Shown here piece after piece: positions 8,590-16,823 of a DNA stretch of 33,419 nt. Source of the stretch: Rubrobacteraceae bacterium (lineage in GTDB: Bacteria; Actinomycetota; Rubrobacteria; Rubrobacterales; Rubrobacteraceae). The number at the start of each line of letters is the position of its first letter. Within the stretch, counting starts at the first letter, position 1. The stretch spans positions 1 through 33,419 of the forward strand of contig JBOHBL010000057.1 of NCBI GenBank assembly GCA_050698295.1, read 5' to 3'. The position numbers and the translations under genes are program-made. The notes under the pieces were generated by a model. The model made no database searches, was not told the DNA's origin, and worked only from the letters and a program-made list of their open reading frames with translations.

Positions 8590-10575
8590 ATGACCGAAAC
8601 GGCGGAAGGCAAACCGCTCTGGGAGCCTTCGGAAGAGCTCAAGTCGAACTCCCGCATGACGCGCTACATGGAGTGGCTGGAGCAGAATAAAGCTCTCTCC
8701 TTCGATGACTACGCGGACCTGTGGGAATGGTCCGTGACGGACCTGGAAGGTTTCTGGGCCTCCGTCTGGGAGCACTGCGGCGTGAAGGCGTCGAAGCCGT
8801 ACGAAAAAGTCCTCGGCGAACGCGAGATGCCCGGCACGCAGTGGTTTCCCGGAGCGGAGTTGAATTACGCCGAGAACATCCTTTCTCACGCCGGCGAGAG
8901 GCCGGACGAGACGGCGATAGTCGGTTTCTCCGAGGCTCGTTCGGGGCTTTCGGAGACGAGTTGGGGCGAGCTTCACGGCCGGGTGGCGGCGATGGCGGCG
9001 GCTCTGAAAGGGCTCGGCGTCGGGCGCGGGGACCGGGTCGTGGCGTACTTGCCGAACATCCCCGAGGCGATGGTCGCGTTTCTGGCGACGGCTTCGCTTG
9101 GGGCGATATGGTCGGCGTGTTCGCCGGACTTCGGGGCCGGGAGCGTCATGGACCGCCTGAAGCAGATCGAACCGAAGGTCCTCCTCGCCGTGGATGGCTA
9201 CCGCTACGGCGGAAAAGGCTTCGACCGGACGCAGGTGGTGTCGAAGCTTCAAAAAGAGATCCCAACCCTGCAGAAAACCGTCCTCCTGCCGTACCTGAAC
9301 GAAAGCCCGGACGCGAGCTCTCTGGAAAACGTCGTATTCTGGGACGAATTCGTCGAGTCGCACGGAGGCGCGGAGCTGTCCTTTGAGCAGGTGCCGTTCG
9401 ACCATCCGCTTTGGGTCCTCTATTCGTCCGGGACTACGGGGCTTCCCAAAGCGATAGTCCAGGGACACGGGGGCATCCTCGTCGAGCACCTCAAAAAGAT
9501 GTTCCTGCACGTGGACATAGGTCCCGGCGACAGGATGTTCTGGTTCACGACGACGGGTTGGATGATGTGGAACTTCGTCGTGGGCAGCCTGCTCTCCGGC
9601 TCGACCGCCCTCGTCTACGACGGCAACCCCGGATACCCGGACATGAACGCCCTCTGGTCCTTCGCCGAAGAAACCAAAATGACCGTCTTCGGCACCAGCG
9701 CGAGCTACCTGACCGCTTGCATGAATGCCGGCATCGAGCCGGGAAAGGATTTCGACCTTTCGAGTCTCGTGTCCATTGGCTCGACGGGCTCGCCGCTGCC
9801 TCCCGAGGGTTTCGATTGGGTCTACGAGCACGTCAAAGGCGACCTCTGGCTCTTCTCGACGAGCGGCGGCACCGACGTATGCACCGCCTTCGTCGGCGGA
9901 GTCCCGCTCCGTCCGGTTCGAAGCGGAGAGCTCCAGGGACGCTCCCTCGCGGTCAAAGTCGAAGCGTACGACGAGGAAGGGAAGCCGCGCATCGGAGAAG
10001 TCGGGGAACTCGTCATCACCGAGCCGATGCCCTCGATGCCGATTTACCTCTGGAACGACCCCGGCGGCGAGAAGTATCTCGACAGCTACTTCGACAAATA
10101 CCCGGGGGTGTGGCGGCACGGGGATTGGATCCTGATTAAAGAAAACGGCGCTTGCGTCATCTACGGACGTTCCGACTCCACCATAAACCGCGGCGGCGTC
10201 AGGATGGGCACAAGCGAAATATACTCCGCCGTCGAGTCCGTCGAGGAGGTGGCGGATAGTCTGGTTGTGGACGTGCATAAACCGGACGGCTCCGCTTTCA
10301 TGCCGCTCTTCGTCGTTCTCAAGGAAGGAGAAGAACTCGACGACGACTTGAAAAAGAGCATCAAGTCTTCCATCCGGGAGCGCACCTCGCCGCGCCACGT
10401 GCCGGACGAGATATTGCAGGTCGAAGAAGTCCCGCGGACCCTCAACGGCAAAAAGCTGGAGGTGCCGGTAAAGAAGATCCTATCCGGAACTCCGCCCGAA
10501 AAGGCCGCGAGCAAGGACTCCCTCTCCAACCCCGAGGTCCTCGACCACTACGTGGAGCTTGCTAAGAAGATGTAG
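8590..10575 (+). CDS. Acetoacetate--CoA ligase (acetoacetyl-CoA synthetase)
   Basis: The N-terminus ..KPLWEPSEELKSNSRMTRYMEWLEQN..FDDYADLWEWSVTDLEGFWASVWE.. is characteristic of acetoacetyl-CoA synthetases. AMP-binding motif YSSGTTGLPKA. Length is about 660 aa. AAGGAGG lies before the ATG. Confidence 0.9.
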   Translation: MTETAEGKPLWEPSEELKSNSRMTRYMEWLEQNKALSFDDYADLWEWSVTDLEGFWASVWEHCGVKASKPYEKVLGEREMPGTQWFPGAELNYAENILSHAGERPDETAIVGFSEARSGLSETSWGELHGRVAAMAAALKGLGVGRGDRVVAYLPNIPEAMVAFLATASLGAIWSACSPDFGAGSVMDRLKQIEPKVLLAVDGYRYGGKGFDRTQVVSKLQKEIPTLQKTVLLPYLNESPDASSLENVVFWDEFVESHGGAELSFEQVPFDHPLWVLYSSGTTGLPKAIVQGHGGILVEHLKKMFLHVDIGPGDRMFWFTTTGWMMWNFVVGSLLSGSTALVYDGNPGYPDMNALWSFAEETKMTVFGTSASYLTACMNAGIEPGKDFDLSSLVSIGSTGSPLPPEGFDWVYEHVKGDLWLFSTSGGTDVCTAFVGGVPLRPVRSGELQGRSLAVKVEAYDEEGKPRIGEVGELVITEPMPSMPIYLWNDPGGEKYLDSYFDKYPGVWRHGDWILIKENGACVIYGRSDSTINRGGVRMGTSEIYSAVESVEEVADSLVVDVHKPDGSAFMPLFVVLKEGEELDDDLKKSIKSSIRERTSPRHVPDEILQVEEVPRTLNGKKLEVPVKKILSGTPPEKAASKDSLSNPEVLDHYVELAKKM

Positions 10576-10618
10576 TCGCGTGGAGGTTTGCCCGCCCCGA
10601 TAATCGGGTAGTCTTCGG

Positions 10619-10652
10619 CGAATAAGCTCTTGTAGCAGAGAGCCCTTATTCG
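10619..10652 (+). terminator. Stem-loop downstream of the acetoacetyl-CoA synthetase gene
   Basis: cgaataagctct..agagcccttattcg form inverted arms with a 2-nt bulge. There is no U-tract, so function is uncertain. Confidence 0.3.
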
Positions 10653-10669
10653 GACTCAGGAGGAACGAA

Positions 10670-12058
10670 ATGGCCGGCGCAAGCGCACAGCCCCAGGTAG
10701 GAGAGAGGTCTATCATGAAGATAGCCCTGACGAGCCTCGCGGGGTCGAGCATCGAGTGGTACGACTTTTTCATCTTCGGGACGGCGGCGGCGCTGTTCTT
10801 CCCGGAGTTGTTCTTTCCGGATGCCGCTCCCTTTGTCGGGACGCTGCTCGCTTTCGCCACGTTCGGGGTGGCTTTTCTCGCTCGTCCCCTCGGCGGGGTG
10901 TTGTGGGGTCACTTCGGGGACAGGATCGGTCGCAAAAAGGCGCTGGTCGCCGCGTTGATGTCCATGGGCGTAGCCACGACGCTCATAGGGCTTTTGCCGA
11001 CCTACGCAGTCATCGGGGTCGCCGCGCCGATCACACTCGTGATCCTGCGCTTTATACAGGGGCTGGCCGTCGGGGGGCAATGGGGCGGGGCGGTCCTCAT
11101 AGCGACGGAGAGCGCCCCCAGAGAGAAAAGGGGTTTCTACGGGAGCTTCGCCCAGGTGGGGGTCCCCGTGGGCGTCATCCTCTCGAACGTGGCCTTCCTC
11201 ATAGTATTCGCGGCGATGGGCCCCGAGGCGCAGGCGGCGTGGGGCTGGCGGGTTCCGTTTTTGTTGAGCTTCCTCCTCATCGGCGTGGGCCTCTACGTCC
11301 AGCTTCGTCTGGAGGAGACGCCCGCGTTCCAGCATCTTCAGGAGCGGGCCGAAGCGTCGAGCGAGTCCGAAGAGTCCCGGCAACAATCGAGCGGCTCGCC
11401 GATCATCGAGGCTTTCCGCCGCTTTCCGAAGGAGATCTTCCTGGCGGCGGGAGCGTTCGTCGTCGTCAACGCGACATTCTACATATTCATCGTCTATATC
11501 CTCTCCTACGGGGAAACCGTCCTGGGGCTTTCGCAGGGCGTGATGCTGACCGGAGTTTTGCTCTCTTCCATCATCCAGATACCGGCCCTCATGGGCTTCT
11601 CCGCGCTCTCCGACCGCGTGGGCCGGCGGATAGTGTATTTGAGCGGCGCGGGGCTGCTTGGGTTGTGGGCATTTCCGTTCTTCTGGCTCGTGAACACCGA
11701 ATCCTCCATTCTCATCTGGCTCGCGCTGATAGTCGGACAGACTTTCCTGAGCATGATGTACGGTCCCCAGGCGGCCCTCCTCTCGGAGATGTTTTCCACC
11801 GAACTCCGCTACAGCGGGGCTTCGCTCGGCTACCAGCTCGGAGCGGTCTTCGGCGGCGCTCTCGCCCCGATCATCTGCGCCTCGCTGCTGGAGGCGACGG
11901 GCTCTTCGCTCGCCATCTCCGCGTACATGCTCCTCATCGCCATAATCTCCTTTGTCTGCGTCATCTTCATCACCGAGACTTATCAGACCGACGTGGACGA
12001 AGCGGAAGCGCAAAAACGCGCAACCGCCACGGCGAGGCAGGACCCGGCGACCGGTTAG
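10670..12058 (+). CDS. MFS transporter, MHS family, paralog 3 (more divergent)
   Basis: IALTSLAGSSIEWYDFFIFGTAAALFF..GHFGDRIGRKK..LRFIQGLAVGGQWGGA... CAGGAGGA lies 5 nt before ATG 10670. Confidence 0.85.
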   Translation: MAGASAQPQVGERSIMKIALTSLAGSSIEWYDFFIFGTAAALFFPELFFPDAAPFVGTLLAFATFGVAFLARPLGGVLWGHFGDRIGRKKALVAALMSMGVATTLIGLLPTYAVIGVAAPITLVILRFIQGLAVGGQWGGAVLIATESAPREKRGFYGSFAQVGVPVGVILSNVAFLIVFAAMGPEAQAAWGWRVPFLLSFLLIGVGLYVQLRLEETPAFQHLQERAEASSESEESRQQSSGSPIIEAFRRFPKEIFLAAGAFVVVNATFYIFIVYILSYGETVLGLSQGVMLTGVLLSSIIQIPALMGFSALSDRVGRRIVYLSGAGLLGLWAFPFFWLVNTESSILIWLALIVGQTFLSMMYGPQAALLSEMFSTELRYSGASLGYQLGAVFGGALAPIICASLLEATGSSLAISAYMLLIAIISFVCVIFITETYQTDVDEAEAQKRATATARQDPATG

Positions 12059-12073
12059 GGCACAGACCAAAAA

Positions 12074-12113
12074 ACCCTCCCCGCCAAAGCGAGGAGGGTG
12101 GTGTTTCTATTTG
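12074..12113 (+). terminator. Candidate intrinsic terminator after MFS paralog 3
   Basis: accctcc (12074-12080) / ggagggt (12093-12099) with a 12-nt loop, followed by ggtgtttctattt. Confidence 0.4.
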
Positions 12114-12191
12114 CGTGATCTCTAGCGGAGAATGCGTCGAGCGACGAGGCCGCCCGCGACCATCAGCCGTGCTTGACGGCTCGAAGCTGGT

Positions 12192-13148
12192 ATGCTCCTC
12201 GTTCGGATGCGGTCTTTGGGTCACATGAGGTCCAGGTACATAGGGTTTTCGCGCGGGGAGTGGAGAGGACTCCGGGCGGCGACCCCGCTCGTGCTGGACG
12301 AGGACGACCTCGCCGACCTGCGCGGGATCAACGAGAAGGTCTCTCTCGATGAGGTGGCCGACATCTACCTGCCGCTCTCGCGCCTGTTGAACCTCTACGT
12401 CGCGGCGACGCAGGGTTTGTACAAGGTCACCGACACTTTCCTGGGCAGTCCGGCGTCGAAGGTGCCGTACATCATCGGGGTTGGCGGCAGCGTCGCGGTC
12501 GGCAAGAGCACGACGGCCAGAATTTTGCAGGCCCTCCTCTCGCGCTGGCCCGACCATCCCAGGGTGGACCTCGTCACCACCGACGGCTTTCTGCACCCGA
12601 ACCGGGTGCTCGAGGAGCGCGGCCTCCTGACCCGGAAAGGCTTCCCCGAGAGCTACGACCAGAGAAGCCTCGTCCGCTTCCTCGCCGACGTGAAATCCGG
12701 CGAGCCCGAGGTCGCCGCCCCCGTCTACTCGCACCTCGTCTACGACATCGTGCCCGACGAATTCAGGTACGTCAGAAGGCCTGACATAGTCATACTCGAA
12801 GGCTTGAACGTGCTTCAGACCGCGGACGAGAGGAGCGCCCGCACCTTCGTCTCGGACTTCTTCGATTTCTCGATCTACGTGGACGCCGACGAGGAGGATG
12901 TGGAGCGATGGTACGTGGACCGCTTCCTGACCTTCAGAAACACCATCTTCAAGGACGAGAACTCGTACTTCAAACGCTACGCGGACCTCACCAACGAACA
13001 AGCCGTCGCCGAGGCGCGGAGGATATGGGCGGAGATCAACGGCCCCAACCTCAGGAAAAACATCGAACCCACCCGCGAAAGGGCGCAACTCATCCTCAGG
13101 AAGTGTCCGGATCACTCCGTGAGCAACGTGAGGTTGAGGAAGATTTAA
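12192..13148 (+). CDS. coaA: Type I pantothenate kinase
   Basis: ..[80 protein letters not shown].. is co-linear with E. coli CoaA. The start is uncertain: ATG 12192, 12207 and 12225 are all in frame and none has a clear SD. Confidence 0.85.
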   Translation: MLLVRMRSLGHMRSRYIGFSRGEWRGLRAATPLVLDEDDLADLRGINEKVSLDEVADIYLPLSRLLNLYVAATQGLYKVTDTFLGSPASKVPYIIGVGGSVAVGKSTTARILQALLSRWPDHPRVDLVTTDGFLHPNRVLEERGLLTRKGFPESYDQRSLVRFLADVKSGEPEVAAPVYSHLVYDIVPDEFRYVRRPDIVILEGLNVLQTADERSARTFVSDFFDFSIYVDADEEDVERWYVDRFLTFRNTIFKDENSYFKRYADLTNEQAVAEARRIWAEINGPNLRKNIEPTRERAQLILRKCPDHSVSNVRLRKI

Positions 13149-13155
13149 AGGCAGC

Positions 13156-13205
13156 GAGTGGCGAGTAGTGAATAGTGAATAGCGTTTTTTATCTGCTCGC
13201 CACTC
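13156..13205. terminator. Shared hairpin between convergent coaA and the flavoprotein gene; the loop carries TAGTGAA TAGTGAA TAGCG heptads
   Basis: gagtggcgag (13156-13165) is the exact reverse complement of ctcgccactc (13196-13205). The 30-nt loop contains a T6 run. The right arm overlaps the stop of the minus-strand gene. Confidence 0.45.
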
Positions 13206-14571
13206 ACCGGTTTTTCTCGAACTTGCCCGACAGCACGGTCGCGGCCTGGATGACCGGGCTCAGGGTCGGGCCGAAGGGCGGGGCGTAGGCGAGGTCTATG
13301 TTGACGAGGCTCGAAACCGTCAGTTCGCCCCAGACGGCGGTCGCCGATACGTCGATCAGCTTGTCCGCGCCCGCGCCGACGGCTTCGGCGCCGAGGACGC
13401 GGCCCGAGTTTTTGTCCGCTATGAGCTTGAAGAACACGTCCGCCGAGCCGGGGAAGTAGCCGGCTCGATTCGTCGCCTCGACTCCGGCGCAAAGCGTCTC
13501 GAAGCCGGCTTCTTCGGCCTCGCTCTCCGAGAGGCCGGTCTTGCCGACGCCGAGGTCGAAGACTTTGAAGATGCCGGTGCCGAGCACACCGGGAAATTTT
13601 AGGGCATCATCTCCTTTCGCCGCGTTCGTTCCGGCGACGCGGCCCATCTGGTTGGCCGTGTCGCCGAGCGGGACCCACGCCGGCTCGCCCGAGACCAGAT
13701 TCGTCGTCTCGGCGCAGTCGCCCGCGGCCCACACGTCGGGGAGGTTTGTCTTCAGGTGTTCGTCGGTTTGGACCGCGCCGGTCGGGCCGAGCTTTATTCC
13801 AGCTCTTTTCGCCAGCTCCACTTCGGGCCTCACCCCGATGCCGACCACGACGAGGTCCGCTTCGATTCTCTCTTCGCCGAATTCGACGACGTGGACGCAT
13901 CCGTCGTCTCCGCCCTCGCAGGCCATCTCCTCCACGGCGTCTCCGGCGAAGACCCTCACTCCCTTCTCTTCGAGGTGCTCGTCCGTGATCCGGGCGACCT
14001 CGGGACCATAAGTCGGAACGAGCCTCTCTCCGGCTTCGATCAGAGCGACCTCCATACCCCGCTTCGTCAGGCTCTCGGCCATCTCCAGCCCGATGTAGCC
14101 TCCCCCGACGACGACGGCCCTCCTCGGAGACCGCTTTTGGATGTGCCTTTGGATTTCGTCCGCGTCGGTCAGGAAACGGAGCGTGAACACGCCGTCGAGG
14201 TCGGAGCCGGAGATGGGAGGCAGAATCGCCTTCGCCCCGGTCGCGATGATGAGCCTGTCGTATGAATCCTCGAAAGCCGAGTCGGAGTCGAGGTTCCGAA
14301 CGAGAAGCTTCTTTTTCTCCGCGTCCAACCCCTCGACGCGGTGGCGGACTTTGACTTCGATGCCTTTCTCCTCGAACTCCTCGGGCGTTCGGGCGACGAG
14401 GCGTTCCCGCTCTTCGACGATGCCGGAGAGTAAGTATGGCATGCCGCACTCGCTGATGGAGACATCCGGTTCGGCCTGGTAGATCACGACCTCCGCCTCC
14501 GGGGCGACCCTCTTCGCCCGCGAAGCCGCCTTCGTTCCCGCCGCCACGCCGCCAACCACGACCAGCCTCAT
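13204..14571 (-). CDS. FAD-dependent pyridine nucleotide-disulfide oxidoreductase, CoA-disulfide reductase / NADH oxidase-peroxidase family
   Basis: Part of ORF 13204..14613. MRLVVVGGVAAGTKAA (FAD GxGxxG). A single redox Cys in ..DVSISECGMPYLLSG.., at the position of the CoADR/Nox SFxNCxLPY motif. Second Rossmann fold VVVGGGYIGLE, then WAAGDCA. ATG 14571 is preceded by GAGGGGA. Confidence 0.8.
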   Translation of the reverse strand: MRLVVVGGVAAGTKAASRAKRVAPEAEVVIYQAEPDVSISECGMPYLLSGIVEERERLVARTPEEFEEKGIEVKVRHRVEGLDAEKKKLLVRNLDSDSAFEDSYDRLIIATGAKAILPPISGSDLDGVFTLRFLTDADEIQRHIQKRSPRRAVVVGGGYIGLEMAESLTKRGMEVALIEAGERLVPTYGPEVARITDEHLEEKGVRVFAGDAVEEMACEGGDDGCVHVVEFGEERIEADLVVVGIGVRPEVELAKRAGIKLGPTGAVQTDEHLKTNLPDVWAAGDCAETTNLVSGEPAWVPLGDTANQMGRVAGTNAAKGDDALKFPGVLGTGIFKVFDLGVGKTGLSESEAEEAGFETLCAGVEATNRAGYFPGSADVFFKLIADKNSGRVLGAEAVGAGADKLIDVSATAVWGELTVSSLVNIDLAYAPPFGPTLSPVIQAATVLSGKFEKNR

Positions 14572-14626
14572 GGAAAGCTCCCCTCTCATAGCGGGTCGCG
14601 AAACCTTCCGCAACTCGCGCCGTTAG

Positions 14627-14656
14627 CGTAGAGACGTAGCATGCTACGTCTCTACG
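14627..14656. repeat. 30-bp perfect palindrome cgtagagacgtagcatgctacgtctctacg (second copy at 24351..24378)
   Basis: Read directly from the sequence. The 28-bp core gtagagacgtagcatgctacgtctctac recurs at 24351..24378 with one substitution (gtGgagac..). Confidence 0.85.
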
Positions 14657-14788
14657 AGTTTTCTGTCCTTGCCCGTAGTGTACCGGCCATCGGGGATTTG
14701 GCCCGCGGCAAAGCCGACAGCGGACTGAAGCGGTTCTCAGAAAGGCTCTGCGCCCTCCTGAAAACCGCGCCATTGGCTTTTTGTTTTT

Positions 14789-14816
14789 TTGCTAATGGCT
14801 AACCGCTAACTGCTAA
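14789..14816 (-). repeat. Heptad array: four TTAGCNN units on the - strand (ttgctaa tggctaa ccgctaa ctgctaa on +)
   Basis: Strict 7-nt period. The 19-nt core tgctaatggctaaccgctaa is the exact reverse complement of 24328..24346. Related arrays occur at 18315..18335 and 13166..13186. Confidence 0.8.
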
Positions 14817-14820
14817 CAGC

Positions 14821-14841
14821 GCGATTTGCGGAGCAAATCGC
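14821..14841 (-). terminator. Hairpin immediately after the wall-hydrolase stop codon
   Basis: gcgatttgc / gga / gcaaatcgc, a 9-bp perfect stem starting 2 nt beyond the TAA at 14843-14845. There is no strong U-tract on the minus strand. Confidence 0.4.
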
Positions 14842-14842
14842 T

Positions 14843-16822
14843 TTACGACTCCCCTTTGACGCTTTTGTCCGTCGAATTCGGCACGAAATACACGAGCAGA
14901 GCCGTGAGCAGTCCCGTCGCCGCCACGGAAAACTCCGTCTCGCTCAGCGTCCCGGTTTGAACCCAAAGCATGAAGGCGCTCACGAGCGGCACGGCGGCGG
15001 CCACGATGGCCTTCGCGGCTTTGCTGAGTTTCGGGGCTTTTATCGGCTCCTCTTCTTTCGGAGCCTCCGGCTCTTCGACGGGAGCTTCGGGTACTGCTGA
15101 GGGAGGGGCTTCGAGAACAGGTTTTTCGGGAGCAGGGGCTTCGAGAGTAGAGTCCTCGGGAGCAGGGGCTTCGGGAGGAGGGGCCTGGAGTGCGGGATCT
15201 TTGGGAGGAACCTCTTCGCGCGGAGGGGCTTCGGGGATTTCGGGCTTGTCGGGCTCTTCCGCCGGCGGCTCGGGAAGAAGAACGGGCTCCGGGGGTCGGG
15301 CTCCCGCGGACTCCAGCCTGTTGCGCCACGCCTGGTGCTTTTGAGCGAACTGGGCGGAGTACGTGCGCAGTACGCTCCGGCGGTTCGACTCCCCGGCGTT
15401 GTATGCTCCTATGGCTTCGAGGTAGGGATATTTGCCGTAGTATCCGGCGAGGAGTTCGAAACCCACGGCGCACTGGTGTTTCGGCAGGTGCGCGCCTCCC
15501 CGTCTCTCCGCGTCGTAGATGAAGTCGCGCCACGTGAGCTGGGTCAGACCGACCCCGTTCGAGACGCCTCCGGCCCGGACGTGGGCGACGAGTTGTCTGA
15601 CCCTCTGGCCGGTCACGGGGAGGTGGGCGAAGGGGATGTGATCGGCGCGCCTGGTCCCCCAATCGGCGCCGAAGACATTGCGTCCCGCCGATTCCTGCTC
15701 GACTAAAGCGCACGCCGACGTGATGTGGAGGTTCGCCCGCTTCGCCTCGTCGTAGATGATGGCCCCGACCGGAGTGTACGGCGCCAGCGTCGAATGAAGC
15801 GAGGAGAAGTATGCGTCTACGACGGCGGCGACCCTCGCCCGCTCCAGGTCTCCCGGAGGTTCGGGTTTCACGGGTTCTATCGGTTCGGGTTCCACGGGTT
15901 CGGGCTCCGCCGGGTCTTCTTTCTGGGGTTTCGCGGGCTTTGGGACGAGCATCTCCACCCCGCGAGGCACGATGACCGCCCTATCCGCGCCGTCGAGGGT
16001 CATCACCCTGGCCGCATCCAGGTGCTTCTCCTCGTAGCGGCCCGCGGCGATGCGCTCCAGGTTGGGGAGCCATATCTTTGGGGGCGGCTTCACGATGGGT
16101 TCGGGCTTCTCGGGTTCGGGCTTCTCGGGTTCCGCGGGCTGATCTCCGCCGGGGTTCTTCCCGGCGCGGAAAGGCTTCACGAAGTCCTCCATGAGCGTTC
16201 CGGGGCAGGCCGAGGCGCCGACTTCGAGGTGTCCTTTGAGCGCGGTTCGGGGGAGGCCCATCGCCGCCAGGTGGTCGAGGGCGCGGGCGGTGTGGGTCCT
16301 GAGCGTCGTCGCGTCGGCGCGCTGGGAGCCGCCTATCGGGACGTGGGAGGCTATGGAGCCGAAGTTCCACGTCGTGTTGCCGCAGTGGGGAAGCACCGCG
16401 TCGGGGTTGCGGAGAAGGTAGACGACATCTCGCCAGATGAACTCGTGGTAGGCGATGCCATTGAACCGCCAGCCGGGAGAGAAACGGCCCGTCTCCTTGT
16501 GGAGTTCGGTGATGAATTTGATCCAGGCGATGATGTCGGCGTGGGCCTGCGCCCCCACCTCGGGACCGTTGTAGTGGGTGACGTTGCCGAGCGTCTTTTT
16601 CCGCGTCGCCCAACTCGAGTCCGCCGGACAGAACCTTCCGCGCAGGTCCACGACCCGGTAGACGCTTTCGGTCCTACCGTCGGCGGCCGCGGCGGCGACC
16701 TGCACCTCGTCCGTCGTGGCCTCAAACGATTCCTCGACGTGGAACGCCCCCGCCTCCTCTTCGAAGAGCACGGCCTCGTTCTCCGTGGGCCACGTGGCGT
16801 CCAGCAAGGTTTTCTCGATCAT
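14843..16822 (-). CDS. Bifunctional peptidoglycan hydrolase: N-acetylmuramoyl-L-alanine amidase (amidase_2/PGRP) + SLT-type lytic transglycosylase, Pro/Glu-rich linkers, C-terminal membrane anchor
   Basis: Amidase_2 signatures: ..NVTHYNG.., ..GIAYHEFIW..LPHCGNTTWNFGSIASHV.., ..GHLEVGASACPGT... SLT motifs: ..ALVEQESAGRN.., ..VGLTQLTW.., ..AYNAGE... PEKPEP-type linkers. Two C-terminal hydrophobic helices (AIVAAAVPLVSAFMLWV, VAATGLLTALLVYFV). The N-terminus is acidic with no signal peptide. Confidence 0.8.
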   Translation of the reverse strand: MIEKTLLDATWPTENEAVLFEEEAGAFHVEESFEATTDEVQVAAAAADGRTESVYRVVDLRGRFCPADSSWATRKKTLGNVTHYNGPEVGAQAHADIIAWIKFITELHKETGRFSPGWRFNGIAYHEFIWRDVVYLLRNPDAVLPHCGNTTWNFGSIASHVPIGGSQRADATTLRTHTARALDHLAAMGLPRTALKGHLEVGASACPGTLMEDFVKPFRAGKNPGGDQPAEPEKPEPEKPEPIVKPPPKIWLPNLERIAAGRYEEKHLDAARVMTLDGADRAVIVPRGVEMLVPKPAKPQKEDPAEPEPVEPEPIEPVKPEPPGDLERARVAAVVDAYFSSLHSTLAPYTPVGAIIYDEAKRANLHITSACALVEQESAGRNVFGADWGTRRADHIPFAHLPVTGQRVRQLVAHVRAGGVSNGVGLTQLTWRDFIYDAERRGGAHLPKHQCAVGFELLAGYYGKYPYLEAIGAYNAGESNRRSVLRTYSAQFAQKHQAWRNRLESAGARPPEPVLLPEPPAEEPDKPEIPEAPPREEVPPKDPALQAPPPEAPAPEDSTLEAPAPEKPVLEAPPSAVPEAPVEEPEAPKEEEPIKAPKLSKAAKAIVAAAVPLVSAFMLWVQTGTLSETEFSVAATGLLTALLVYFVPNSTDKSVKGES

Positions 16823-16823
16823 C

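Noticed and set aside
7783-10398. 871-aa minus-strand ORF across bdhA and the acetoacetyl-CoA synthetase gene
   Set aside because: It is antisense to two strongly recognisable enzymes, and has no motifs and an Arg/Gly/Val-rich composition.
12173-12196. TTGACG ... TATGCT as the coaA promoter
   Set aside because: The spacer is only 12 nt, and the putative -10 overlaps the first candidate start codon. The geometry does not fit a sigma-70-type promoter.
16097-16133. 15-bp tandem DNA repeat gggttcgggcttctc x2 (+ partial), and similar repeats at about 15100-15180
   Set aside because: These lie inside the wall-hydrolase CDS and encode the PEKPEPEKPEP / EAPAPE linker repeats. They are not CRISPR or a non-coding satellite.
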